IMG/VR virus record: IMGVR_UViG_3300031688_001276
Strand: one strand, 5' to 3'
Origin: an uncultured virus (IMG/VR IMGVR_UViG_3300031688_001276)
Taxonomy: Duplodnaviria > Heunggongvirae > Uroviricota > Caudoviricetes
Length of the DNA: 64,000 bases
This document shows positions 36,110 to 45,683 of the stretch, one piece after another (position 1 is the stretch's first letter; each line of letters starts with the position of its first letter). The translations under genes were made by a program, and so were the position numbers. The notes under the pieces were generated by a model. It was not told the DNA's origin, made no database searches, and worked only from the letters and a program-made list of their open reading frames with translations.

Positions 36110-37469
36110 ACAAGTAATCCTAGAAAATTTAGTTAAGGACGATCAGTATGTTCGTAAGGTTATTCCTTTTCTAAAGCCTGAATACTTCATGCAGTATGAA
36201 GATCAGAAGGTATTTAAGATTATACATGACTTTGTAGAAAAGTATAACAATCCTCCTAGCAAACAAGCAATACTATTGGCTGTTAATGAGGATACTACTT
36301 TAAATGAATCCAGTCATGAACAATGCTTAGAACTTATTAACACTTTAAATGGTGATGAGGTTAACAGGGATTGGCTAATAGACGAGACTGAAAAATTCTG
36401 TAAGGACAAAGCTCTGTATTTAGGAGTAATGGAATCTATACAAATTATAGATGGTAAAGATAAAGACAAATCTACAGATGCTTTGCCTAGTATTTTGTCT
36501 GAGGCATTGGCTGTAGGATTTGATACGAACATTGGACATGATTTTATTGAAGATGCTGAGAAACGATATGACTTCTATCATAGGTTAGAAGAAAAGGTAG
36601 AGTTTGATCTAGATATGTTTAATAGAATAACAGAAGGCGGTTTAAGCAATAAAACTTTAAACATAGCACTAGCAGGCACTGGTGTTGGTAAGTCCCTGTT
36701 TATGTGTCATATGGCGTCGGCAGCAATCTCTAAGGGTAAAAATGTACTCTATATAACACTAGAAATGTCCGAAGAAAGAATTGCTGAACGTATAGACGCT
36801 AACTTAATGAACATGCCTATTGGAGAGTTAAAAGATTTATCTAAGGCAATGTATGATGATAGGATTAAAAAGATTAATGATAAGATAGAAGGTAGACTTA
36901 TTATTAAGGAATACCCTACAGCATCTGCACATAGTGGACATTTTAAATCTTTAATAAATGAACTGAAATTAAAAAGAAGTTTCTTCCCAGACATTATATT
37001 CATTGACTATTTGAATATATGTTCTAGTAGTCGATTTAGGCCTGGGAGTAGCGCTAACTCTTATACAGTTATTAAGAGTATAGCAGAAGAGCTTAGAGGG
37101 TTGGCTGTTGAACAAGACGTTCCTATTGTAAGTGCTACACAAACAACAAGAGGTGGTTACGATAATAGTGATGTCTCATTAACAGATACTTCTGAGAGTT
37201 TTGGTCTTCCTGCTACAGCAGACTTAATGTTTGCTATTATTAGTACAGAAGAACTAGAACAAATGGGGCAGTTTATGATTAAACAGTTGAAAAACAGATA
37301 TGCTGATCCTACAAGAAACAAACGATTTATGATAGGTGTTGATAGAGCTAGAATGAAACTATACGACCTTGATGAGTCTGCACAACAACAACTTACTGAT
37401 GCGAATATAGACATTCCTGTATTCGATCGTGGAAAAACGGAAAAAAAGTATGAAGACTTTAAATTTTAA
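36093..37469 (+). CDS. gp41: Replicative helicase (TTG start)
   Basis: AGTGVGKS, LEM.EE, IDYL, SATQ, ESFGLP. Confidence 0.96.
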   Translation: MKNRIEQVILENLVKDDQYVRKVIPFLKPEYFMQYEDQKVFKIIHDFVEKYNNPPSKQAILLAVNEDTTLNESSHEQCLELINTLNGDEVNRDWLIDETEKFCKDKALYLGVMESIQIIDGKDKDKSTDALPSILSEALAVGFDTNIGHDFIEDAEKRYDFYHRLEEKVEFDLDMFNRITEGGLSNKTLNIALAGTGVGKSLFMCHMASAAISKGKNVLYITLEMSEERIAERIDANLMNMPIGELKDLSKAMYDDRIKKINDKIEGRLIIKEYPTASAHSGHFKSLINELKLKRSFFPDIIFIDYLNICSSSRFRPGSSANSYTVIKSIAEELRGLAVEQDVPIVSATQTTRGGYDNSDVSLTDTSESFGLPATADLMFAIISTEELEQMGQFMIKQLKNRYADPTRNKRFMIGVDRARMKLYDLDESAQQQLTDANIDIPVFDRGKTEKKYEDFKF

Positions 37470-38205
37470 CGACATAGAGTGGGAAGTCCTTGACACCCCA
37501 GTAGCTCAAAGGTTCGCTGCTTTCTTTGGTACTAACGAAAATACCTCAAAGGAATTCTATTTCATGGGTGAAACAGAAACCCAAGTAAAAGATGAAATAG
37601 ACAAGCTGGCGTTCATGTTGAAAATGGATACGACAAAAGGTATGAATGAGCTACACGAAATATTCGCTTCATATAGGGAGCCATCAGAGGACCACAGCAG
37701 GCTTAACAATCTTATTCACTATCATGAGCTAATAACTAATGGTTATCCTCCAAGATGGGGATACATGTTTGGAGACCCTAATGCTCAAATGGTAATAGGT
37801 AAAGATGATTATCCTGAGTTCACGTTAAATAGAGACTTTGGAACATTGTATATTAATTATTCACATGTAGGCAAACATTTTGCAGAGATCGTTTTCTCTA
37901 ATGATTTAGATATTGCTGAAGAACAATACCAGCCCCAGGAGTTTGCACGTCCTGGATTTATGTGTTGGCTAGGTGATACTTTGCCTCAAGATCAAGTAAC
38001 AAGATTTGAGGATAAAGCAGAAACAGTTAGACAAAAACTACAAGACAGGTTGGGACTTCCAGAAAGGGGAGATCCCTCACTAAGACTTGGCTATATCCCT
38101 TTTGCTACTTTAAAGACAAGTATAAATAATAATGAATTAGTAAACCAATTACTAAAGTCTAAAGGCAAGAATAAAAATTACACGGAGTTATTTACACATG
38201 ACTGA
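37450..38205 (+). CDS. Hypothetical protein
   Basis: Long ORF overlapping both neighbours; no family recognised. Confidence 0.65.
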   Translation: MKTLNFNDIEWEVLDTPVAQRFAAFFGTNENTSKEFYFMGETETQVKDEIDKLAFMLKMDTTKGMNELHEIFASYREPSEDHSRLNNLIHYHELITNGYPPRWGYMFGDPNAQMVIGKDDYPEFTLNRDFGTLYINYSHVGKHFAEIVFSNDLDIAEEQYQPQEFARPGFMCWLGDTLPQDQVTRFEDKAETVRQKLQDRLGLPERGDPSLRLGYIPFATLKTSINNNELVNQLLKSKGKNKNYTELFTHD

Positions 38206-38530
38206 GGAAGTAAAAGAGGTATCGAAACATGTTCACCCAGCAGATACAAATGGTGACGGTAAGGTATCCAAAAGAGAAGAAGAGATGTTTCTAGAGTTCA
38301 AGAGAAAAGAACTCGAAGACGCAGATGCGATGCGAGACGCACAGAGGAAGATGACGTGGTTTGCTTTAGGCGGACTATTACTATATCCATTCGCCGTAGT
38401 TACTGCTAGTTTAGCGGGACTAAGCGAGGCACAAGCAACACTAGGATCAATGGCACCTACATATTTTGTAGCCGTTGCAGGTATTGTAGCAGCCTTCTTT
38501 GGTTCACAAGCATACACAAAAGGAAAATAA
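38198..38530 (+). CDS. Membrane protein with EF-hand-like loop (holin-like architecture possible)
   Basis: DTNGDGKVSKREE, two hydrophobic segments; TATAAATA at 38121. Confidence 0.6.
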   Translation: MTEEVKEVSKHVHPADTNGDGKVSKREEEMFLEFKRKELEDADAMRDAQRKMTWFALGGLLLYPFAVVTASLAGLSEAQATLGSMAPTYFVAVAGIVAAFFGSQAYTKGK

Positions 38531-38549
38531 TTATATAACAGGAGAGAGA

Positions 38550-38783
38550 ATGCCCCCAAAATTTAAACCAAGCCACAAAGAATACATTAAAGGTCCAGAC
38601 GGAAGACCTACTAAAAGAACAAGAATAAAGCACTACTATGTGGGGCAAACATCAACTGAAGAATTAATCAAAGCGATTAATGAAGGGAAGCCTAAACACA
38701 AAGGCAAGTTTATAAACGAATTAACACGAAGAGGAGTAAAGTTAGTATGGAAGACACCAACGGAATTGAAACTGGGGCAGTAG
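38550..38783 (+). CDS. Small basic hypothetical protein
   Basis: AGGAG SD before ATG 38550. Confidence 0.6.
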   Translation: MPPKFKPSHKEYIKGPDGRPTKRTRIKHYYVGQTSTEELIKAINEGKPKHKGKFINELTRRGVKLVWKTPTELKLGQ

Positions 38784-39406
38784 AAGCTCCAAAAATGACA
38801 GCAGAAGAGAAGAACATCAAACTGATGGAGAACTCTTTACTTCTTGAAAACGAATTAAAAGCTAAACAAATAGGTGCTATCAGAATATATGATGGCGCAT
38901 TAGATCCTAAATTTTGTGATGACTTGATAGAAGTCTTCAACCTAAATAAAGAAAAGTGGGATACGATAAACGAAGAAGACGCTGGTAACCACTGTATCCA
39001 ATATGCTTACAGTAAGTACCACGACGGTGAGGAAGTACATAATGACTTGAAAGATCACATTATGACACTATATGAGCATTACTTACAGGATTTGAATCTC
39101 CCTAATATGATTGCTCATAAAGGACTGGAATCATTAAAGATCAGAAAGTACGATTCTACAGAAGAACATGAAATCCAACCACATATTGATGTAGTCAATC
39201 ATGAAAGCGCCATCAGAGCGATAGGATTCCTATTCTTCCTCGAAGATAACGAGAAAATGACTAATTTCCCTCGGCAGGGTGTAGGTGTTGAATCCATCAA
39301 AGGAAGGGTAGTAGTATACCCACCAACGTGGGAATACCCTATAATTGAGAACATGCCCGACGAAGGAACCAAATATAACCTACAAACATATTTACATTAC
39401 GCCTAA
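38747..39406 (+). CDS. 2OG-Fe(II) oxygenase-like protein (possibly degenerate)
   Basis: PHID, T.F, G.VVVYPPTW.YP, KY...TYLHY. Confidence 0.7.
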   Translation: MEDTNGIETGAVEAPKMTAEEKNIKLMENSLLLENELKAKQIGAIRIYDGALDPKFCDDLIEVFNLNKEKWDTINEEDAGNHCIQYAYSKYHDGEEVHNDLKDHIMTLYEHYLQDLNLPNMIAHKGLESLKIRKYDSTEEHEIQPHIDVVNHESAIRAIGFLFFLEDNEKMTNFPRQGVGVESIKGRVVVYPPTWEYPIIENMPDEGTKYNLQTYLHYA

Positions 39407-39484
39407 CCGCTTGATTTGACACTGGAAAAGATTTCAAAAGAATAGCAGAAAGTGCTTGACTTATGGTCCTCAAGAGTGCATAAT
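39404..39484 (+). promoter_or_regulatory. Strong early promoter, copy 3, with IHF-like site
   Basis: AAAAGATTTCAAAAGA..GTGCTTGACT-N17-CATAAT; WATCAANNNNTTR on - at 39404-39416. Confidence 0.8.
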
Positions 39485-39517
39485 AACGGTATAATTAAAT
39501 AAAAGGGTATAAAGATT

Positions 39518-40027
39518 ATGACACAGCAACCAACACTACAAGATTTCGTAACATTAGAAGCATTTTGTGAGGCTAAAAAGGCTCATGATATGGCTGAATA
39601 TGGCAGAAGTCCAGAGTTTAACGATGTGGCATGGTATAATGAATCCGGTGTTTATACTATTGAAGACGCGATTAAGTGGGAACTTTATGGTGCGATTTCA
39701 GATGTGTCCAAAGATGCAAACGGCTTTAGAGCTAGGTTTGATTGGATGGGAATGTCTGTTGCAGAGCTTGAGAAAGAGCTTGAGTACTATATTAAAGCTT
39801 CCAATGAGACTCAAGAGCGTGAGCAAAAATGGGAACAGAGAGCTACCATAGCATGGAGAGCTCATCTTAGACATTTAGTTTCAATAGGCGCTGGGAATAT
39901 CCAGACAGCTCTTAAATGGGACATGGCTGCTGAAGACGCAGATATGGACCCTGGAATGTACTGTTACTTGAAAGGTATCAGTTATAGGAAGGAGCGTTTA
40001 ATTAGTCGTGTATTAAAAGCAGCTTAA
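39518..40027 (+). CDS. Hypothetical early protein
   Basis: Directly downstream of the early promoter. Confidence 0.7.
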   Translation: MTQQPTLQDFVTLEAFCEAKKAHDMAEYGRSPEFNDVAWYNESGVYTIEDAIKWELYGAISDVSKDANGFRARFDWMGMSVAELEKELEYYIKASNETQEREQKWEQRATIAWRAHLRHLVSIGAGNIQTALKWDMAAEDADMDPGMYCYLKGISYRKERLISRVLKAA

Positions 40028-40120
40028 TAGTGCTTTTGGTCCACAAAAAGGTTGACTCTTGGTTTAAAAGAGTCTATAATGTGTACTTGTAAATGAGAAA
40101 ATGTAAATAAAGGTGATAAA

Positions 40121-40480
40121 ATGACAGAACAACTATTTAACTATGCAGGCTATAGCGTAACTGAAAAAGGTCAAACAAAGGCTAGATTCGGAAATGATAT
40201 GGTATCCCGCATTAAGAAACTTACGGCAAAAGGGAACGACGATACGTGGTTCGCTGAGCTGCCGGAAGCCATGACCAAGAAGGATGCATCTAATTACTTG
40301 CTCCAAAGGGAAGACATTAAGTCCAACTTTGATGTAAGAGATGCGTTACAAAAGGTTGTGTATCGGAATGTACCCAAGTCCACAAGAACGGTAGTAACAG
40401 GTAATACTGTATCAGCTACTGTGACTGTGAACGAAGGTGCTAAAACTGGCAATTCTGCCAACAATAATATGGAGAGCTAA
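40121..40480 (+). CDS. Hypothetical early protein
   Basis: TTGACT-N17-TATAAT upstream (about 40052-40080); AAGGTG SD. Confidence 0.7.
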   Translation: MTEQLFNYAGYSVTEKGQTKARFGNDMVSRIKKLTAKGNDDTWFAELPEAMTKKDASNYLLQREDIKSNFDVRDALQKVVYRNVPKSTRTVVTGNTVSATVTVNEGAKTGNSANNNMES

Positions 40481-40732
40481 ATGGCTAATCGTAAAGTGAG
40501 CCAAGAGCAAAAAGTGTTAAACTTTTTGAATCAAGGCAAAGCGTTGAGTAACGCTGTGGCAACACACAAACTCAAAGTAAATAGACTACCTGCAAAGATC
40601 AATGTTTTGAGATCTAAAGGATATTCTATCTACACAAATACCAACACAGTAGGTAACCCTACTTACCGTCTTGGTACTCCTAGCAGAGCAATGGTAGCAG
40701 CGGCACACGCAGCTGGTATTAGCTTCAGCTAG
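40481..40732 (+). CDS. Winged helix-turn-helix protein
   Basis: KVLNFL..G..LS......V.RL.A.I..LR.KGYSI...YRLGTP. Confidence 0.7.
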   Translation: MANRKVSQEQKVLNFLNQGKALSNAVATHKLKVNRLPAKINVLRSKGYSIYTNTNTVGNPTYRLGTPSRAMVAAAHAAGISFS

Positions 40733-40739
40733 AACCACC

Positions 40740-40788
40740 TTGGGGAACAGAATGCTGGTGATCCTGGCTTTTGTTCCCCAAACTTTTT
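40740..40788 (+). terminator. Long hairpin / probable terminator
   Basis: TTGGGGAACAGAA...TTTTGTTCCCCAA followed by ACTTTTT. Confidence 0.6.
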
Positions 40789-40978
40789 AAGAGGTTTGGT
40801 ACACCGAGGTCGTCCGAGATCAAAAGGCCAACTATAAATAAAAGGAGAGTGGGAACAATAACCCACATAAGTTAAGTATAGTATGAAATTAGAACAAATT
40901 GAGACCATGGCACAAACTAGTACTTCAGGTACTTGTCTCAACTCAGGGACTGAGAAAACAAAAAGGCCTACTAGTTTC

Positions 40979-41054
40979 GCTTGGGTAGCTCAGTTGGTAG
41001 AGCAGGGGTTTTGTAAACCTCAGGTCGTAGGTTCGACTCCTATCTCAAGCTCCA
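40979..41054 (+). tRNA. tRNA-Thr(UGU)
   Basis: Full cloverleaf: GCTTGGG/CTCAAGC acceptor, GCTC/GAGC D-arm, anticodon TGT, GTTCGACTCC T-loop, encoded CCA. Confidence 0.95.
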
Positions 41055-41073
41055 GATAATATAAGGAAACAAC

Positions 41074-41313
41074 ATGACAGATTTGAGTAAAGATTTAATA
41101 GACGGATTAGAACAACTATACAGAGGCAACATAGCAGCAGCCAAAGCTAATGTCAGAGTATACTTACAAAACCCTATGGGAATAGGTGAGCATCCAGACA
41201 TAATTCAATCAATAGATACTCAAATAGAAATTATAGCAAACAACCAAGAGAAGTTAGACATTCTCAGCAGTAGGCAACTCAATTTTGCAGGGGATAGATA
41301 CCCCGTTGAATAA
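41074..41313 (+). CDS. Conserved phage hypothetical protein
   Basis: ANVRVYL.NP.GIGEHPDII motif; AAGGA SD. Confidence 0.7.
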   Translation: MTDLSKDLIDGLEQLYRGNIAAAKANVRVYLQNPMGIGEHPDIIQSIDTQIEIIANNQEKLDILSSRQLNFAGDRYPVE

Positions 41314-41512
41314 AATACAAGAGTTAGAAGCTACCTTTGGTAACGAATTTTTCCGTGCAGAAGTAAAACCGTTTAAAGACACAGACCTGTACAAAGTAGA
41401 ATTTTTCAGTAAAGACGATTTAGTTTTTACGGAATATGTAGGTGGTTGGCACCTAGCTGTAGACACAGCAAAAACATTCGTTAGACAAAGGGAGCAAAAG
41501 CATGGCAAATAA
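41306..41512 (+). CDS. Hypothetical protein (start uncertain)
   Basis: ORF overlapping both neighbours. Confidence 0.5.
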   Translation: MNKIQELEATFGNEFFRAEVKPFKDTDLYKVEFFSKDDLVFTEYVGGWHLAVDTAKTFVRQREQKHGK

Positions 41513-41987
41513 TGTATATTCAACTATACAAATAGAAACAAGTAACTCAGAAGCTGAGGCAGCATTTTTAAGAGTATTCACAGAACTAGAAGTATTCAAT
41601 GAGGTTGATATAGCTTATTGTACTTTCTTCCCTACAAATGAGGAGATAGTAGACACACACTTCATGGACGAATGGATAGGACCTAGGACAGCAGAGCTTA
41701 CTAAGTTCATGGGAACAGAAGTAGAAATAAAGTCTGCTTGGATATCCCCTCATAAGTTTTTAGAAAACTTGTTGGAACACTTAAGAACATTTGATATAAA
41801 TGTTAAACTTAGCATGACGTATGAGGATGAGTTCTTAAACTTTGCCGGTGTGTATGTTAACGAGAAAATGAGAGAAGAGTCTGGCGGTTGGTTTAAAAAA
41901 GGGTTTGATGATGTAGACTTTGAAGATGATTTCTTAGCTTATGTTATTGATGTTGTTGACGAGTGGCGAATTGAATTATTGGGATAG
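41502..41987 (+). CDS. Acidic hypothetical protein
   Basis: GGAG SD; MAN.V, SAW.SP, YEDE. Confidence 0.65.
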   Translation: MANNVYSTIQIETSNSEAEAAFLRVFTELEVFNEVDIAYCTFFPTNEEIVDTHFMDEWIGPRTAELTKFMGTEVEIKSAWISPHKFLENLLEHLRTFDINVKLSMTYEDEFLNFAGVYVNEKMREESGGWFKKGFDDVDFEDDFLAYVIDVVDEWRIELLG

Positions 41988-42170
41988 ACAATTGAATTGT
42001 GTTGATTTTGTGTTAATAGTATGTTGGGAGTATATATAATGTGGTTTGTGGAAAAAGTGGAAACATATTTTAAGCAATCTACTTCTCCTTTTGTTATGTT
42101 ATTTGGGCGATGCGGATTATGAACTTGTTAGAACAAATTCTAAAAATGTGCAAGCGGTGGAGATAGAAAT

Positions 42171-42695
42171 ATGAGGCTAGATTACAAAGACTGTGGCAAG
42201 ATAGGAATTACCTGTAGTACCTTCGATTTATTACATGCTGGACATGTGGTTATGCTGGAGGAGGCCAAAAGACATTGTGATTACCTGATAGCAGCGCTGC
42301 AAGTAGATCCAACTTATGATAGAGAATCTAAGAGCAAACCAATACAAAGTATAGTAGAGAGACAAATACAATTAGCTGCTGTAAAGTATGTTGATGAGAT
42401 AGTTATGTACTCTACAGAATCAGAATTAGAGGACTTGTTCCTCACCCTCCCTTTAAATGTAAGGATTCTCGGAACAGAATATAGAGATATAGATTTTACG
42501 GCTAAGCAGATATGTTTAGATCGTGGAATAGAATTGTTCTACAATGTAAGAGATCACTCATTCAGTAGTACATCTCTTAGACAAAGAATATTTACCAGCC
42601 AGACAGATCAATTAACAGCTTACAAAGACGCGATGCCGACTTACCAAGCTAAACCCGAGGAAATAGATAATGAAAAAAACGACAGCAATTCGTAG
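42171..42695 (+). CDS. Cytidylyltransferase (TagD-like)
   Basis: TFDLLHAGH, ER, G.EY, RDHSFSSTSLR. Confidence 0.9.
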   Translation: MRLDYKDCGKIGITCSTFDLLHAGHVVMLEEAKRHCDYLIAALQVDPTYDRESKSKPIQSIVERQIQLAAVKYVDEIVMYSTESELEDLFLTLPLNVRILGTEYRDIDFTAKQICLDRGIELFYNVRDHSFSSTSLRQRIFTSQTDQLTAYKDAMPTYQAKPEEIDNEKNDSNS

Positions 42696-42864
42696 AGTGG
42701 TTAACTGCCTTAACGCAGAGAAACGAGCAGTACATGGTGAGTTCAGAGCTTACTGGAAATTTACTGCACAGGATATCGCTTCTAAAAATGATATAGATAT
42801 AAGTAAAGTAGAAAATAATTTGGAGTTATACAATGCAAGATCTGAAAGTAGTAGCTACCACTAG
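42670..42864 (+). CDS. Hypothetical protein
   Basis: GAGG SD, overlapping chain. Confidence 0.5.
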   Translation: MKKTTAIRRVVNCLNAEKRAVHGEFRAYWKFTAQDIASKNDIDISKVENNLELYNARSESSSYH

Positions 42865-43165
42865 AGTGTGGGAGGCGAAGGGCGTCTCAAAAGACTTCCC
42901 TATGTGGCAACCAATTGGAAGTAACGAGTATATAATTGGTTATTGCCAGGGAGAGCCTACGCTATCAGAGATTGGTAGAATGGTAGACGGTTTCCAGCAC
43001 ACATTAGAAGGCAAGATGTCTGAACAGGTTATTGAAGTGTTCTCAGGATATGAAGTTTACATCAAAGACTCATTAACACATAATGAGAATTTCCAGCTAA
43101 AATATGGAGACGATATTGACTTCCCAGCAACAGACGTTACAAAGCTCAAGACAGAAGAAGCCTAG
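42833..43165 (+). CDS. Hypothetical protein
   Basis: GGAG SD, overlapping chain. Confidence 0.6.
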   Translation: MQDLKVVATTRVWEAKGVSKDFPMWQPIGSNEYIIGYCQGEPTLSEIGRMVDGFQHTLEGKMSEQVIEVFSGYEVYIKDSLTHNENFQLKYGDDIDFPATDVTKLKTEEA

Positions 43166-43880
43166 ACTTACAATAGGGTATACTTATTTTGAGGACGACA
43201 AGCAGTTAGCTAACCTGCTACCTATATGGCGAGAGTGGCCTTCACTAATAGATATATTCTTAGTAGACGACGGCTCAGAACAAATACCAGCTTTAGATAT
43301 ATTAAAAGACTGGGACTTACCTGATTATGGTCCTTCATTACAACTATGGAAAGTAACTGAAAACTTAGGTTTCAATTCTCATGGATGTAGAAACTTAATA
43401 GCAAAATACGCTTTAACAGATACAATAGCATTCTTTGATATAGACATGCAAATTGCTACAGAAACAGCAGGAAGACTGATGACAAAGGTCTACAATCCTA
43501 GATCGTTTTATCAGCATGATTGTTGGTTGAAACATAAACAAGAGATATTAACTTATCCAGGACATATGAACTCCTTTATAATAAATAAGGATTTGTATTG
43601 GGAAGCTGGGGGTTATGATGAGTCCTTTACAGGACATCATTGGGGAGACAGAGAGTTTATAGAAAGAATAAAAGAGTTACCAGATGTCTCAGAAAGACAT
43701 TCAGGTAATATCGTATGTTTAAATAGAATAGGCAGGAAAGGTGTTGTGGATAGGAATATTGATAAGACATTATATTATTCAGAAACAGAATTTGCTGTGC
43801 CATTACCCGTAGAGGAGGTTATGAAATTAAAAGGGACGAAAAGTAAAAGATTAGACTTTCCCTTTATAAAATTATTATAA
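43104..43880 (+). CDS. GT-A glycosyltransferase (GT2/GT7-like)
   Basis: LVDDGS, RNL, FFDID (DxD), GGYDESF.G..WGD. Confidence 0.85.
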   Translation: METILTSQQQTLQSSRQKKPRLTIGYTYFEDDKQLANLLPIWREWPSLIDIFLVDDGSEQIPALDILKDWDLPDYGPSLQLWKVTENLGFNSHGCRNLIAKYALTDTIAFFDIDMQIATETAGRLMTKVYNPRSFYQHDCWLKHKQEILTYPGHMNSFIINKDLYWEAGGYDESFTGHHWGDREFIERIKELPDVSERHSGNIVCLNRIGRKGVVDRNIDKTLYYSETEFAVPLPVEEVMKLKGTKSKRLDFPFIKLL

Positions 43881-43888
43881 ATACTAAC

Positions 43889-45064
43889 ATGAGATTTACT
43901 GAATTTTTAAAAGAAGACAAAGAAGAGGATAAACTCAAACATCTAGAGCATGTTGAGGACCACGTTATCCATGCTGGACATAAAGGTTTTGGACACGCAT
44001 TCCATACTATAAATGATGTCCACAACGACTTACAAGGTAAAGGGAAATCTCAAACAGATACAACTATTAAGTACGATGGCAGTCCAGCTGTTGTATTTGG
44101 GAAACACCCAGAGAACGGCAAGTTCTTTGTAGCATCCAAGTCAGCATTCAACAAAACACCAAAGATTAATCACACCCATGAGGATATAGATAAGAATCAT
44201 GGACATGCACCTGGCTTAGTAAGTAAGCTCAAGGGTGCCTTAGATCACGCTCACAAGATAAAGCCAAATGGTGTGTACCAAGCGGACATCATGCACGCGG
44301 GCGATGTGAACCACGATAAGAAGAACAACAGGGTAGACTTTACACCACAGTTAATAACATATCACGCCCCAGCAGACTCAGAACACGGTAAAGCAGCTAA
44401 GAGAGCTAAGCTAGGGTTAGCGATACACACGGAGTATGAGGGTAAGACTATAGCGGATATGAAGGCTAAACACGGCGCTATTGACGCTAAGACGTTCACA
44501 AAGCACAAAGATGTGCACCTTATGAGTGCTAACCACGATGTTACTAGCCACAGGTATAGCTTAGAAGATCGTAAGCAAGTAGACCATCACTTGGAACAGG
44601 CTGTAGCACACTTCAAAAATACCCCTAAAGAACATCATGAGACAGTCCAGAAACACGCTGTGGCAATGAAGACTTACATTAATCATACAGTACGGACAGG
44701 TGAAGAACACTCGCATGAGGGGTTTGTAGCACATCACGCTAAGAGCCATCAGAAGAAGATAGATGGCGTTAAGACAGATCAAGCTAAAGCCAGACACCAA
44801 ACTACCATGGATAATACCATGGGACATATAAATAAGAATAAGGACCACTTCACAGGACCAATGGGTATGCACAAACACTTACAGGCAGCTAAAGACGTTA
44901 TTACAAAAACAATGTCTCAGAAGTCAGAATGGGGGCATGAAGTAGACGGACAGAAAGTTAAACCAGAAGGGTTTGTAGCCATAAGAGGTGGCAGACCATC
45001 AAAATTCGTAGACAGGAAGGAGTTTAGTGCGCTAAACTTTAATAAAAATGACAACAGAAAATAA
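43889..45064 (+). CDS. His-rich late protein with KxDG (ligase/nucleotidyltransferase-like) motif; probable head-packaged protein
   Basis: TATAAATA-N5-ATG; MRFTEFLKE leader; HLEH.ED, TIKYDGSPA, EG.V...K.VDR.EFS..NF. Confidence 0.7.
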   Translation: MRFTEFLKEDKEEDKLKHLEHVEDHVIHAGHKGFGHAFHTINDVHNDLQGKGKSQTDTTIKYDGSPAVVFGKHPENGKFFVASKSAFNKTPKINHTHEDIDKNHGHAPGLVSKLKGALDHAHKIKPNGVYQADIMHAGDVNHDKKNNRVDFTPQLITYHAPADSEHGKAAKRAKLGLAIHTEYEGKTIADMKAKHGAIDAKTFTKHKDVHLMSANHDVTSHRYSLEDRKQVDHHLEQAVAHFKNTPKEHHETVQKHAVAMKTYINHTVRTGEEHSHEGFVAHHAKSHQKKIDGVKTDQAKARHQTTMDNTMGHINKNKDHFTGPMGMHKHLQAAKDVITKTMSQKSEWGHEVDGQKVKPEGFVAIRGGRPSKFVDRKEFSALNFNKNDNRK

Positions 45065-45683
45065 CGATAAACATATAGTATTCTCATATGGTAGAATGAA
45101 CCCTCCAACTGCTGGACATTCTAAGGTAATAGATAAAGTAAAATCTCATGCAGATTCAATTGGTGCTAACCATGCAGTTATTGTAAGTCATTCACAGGAT
45201 AAGAAATCTAATCCTTTACACCACGAACATAAAAAAGACTTCCTAAAGAGTGTACACCCAGATGTAAACTTTGAACACTCAACAAAAGAACACCCACACT
45301 TCTTAGCACAACTTAAAAAGTTCCACCAAGAAGGACATACACACGCAACAATGGTTGTAGGTAGTGATAGGGTAAAACAATTTAAAGCATTGGCTCATAA
45401 GTACAATGGAAAAGAATACAACTATAAGAAAATAAACATCTTATCAGCAGGACAGAGAGACCCTGATGCAGAAGGTGTAGCTGGTATTAGTGGCACTAAA
45501 ATGAGAAGCCATGCCAGTAACAATGATTACAAGTCATTTAAGGCAGGATTACATGTTAATCATAATGACGATCATGCTAAGAATTTATTTAAGGCCACCC
45601 GAGAAGGTATGAATCTTCAAAAGGAGGAGAGGGGCATGATGGATTTTGCTACATTTCTAACAGAAGGAGCAGGGAATTGTTAA
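45048..45683 (+). CDS. His-rich cytidyltransferase-like (HxGH class) protein
   Basis: FSYGRMNPPTAGH, VVGSDR, SAGQRDPD, SGTKMR. Confidence 0.8.
   Translation: MTTENNDKHIVFSYGRMNPPTAGHSKVIDKVKSHADSIGANHAVIVSHSQDKKSNPLHHEHKKDFLKSVHPDVNFEHSTKEHPHFLAQLKKFHQEGHTHATMVVGSDRVKQFKALAHKYNGKEYNYKKINILSAGQRDPDAEGVAGISGTKMRSHASNNDYKSFKAGLHVNHNDDHAKNLFKATREGMNLQKEERGMMDFATFLTEGAGNC

Noticed and set aside
40883..41059. ORF reading through the tRNA
   Set aside because: It overlaps a perfect tRNA-Thr and has no protein-like features.
41988..42170. Tiny ORFs in the gap before the cytidylyltransferase
   Set aside because: Several short competing frames, none with convincing support.
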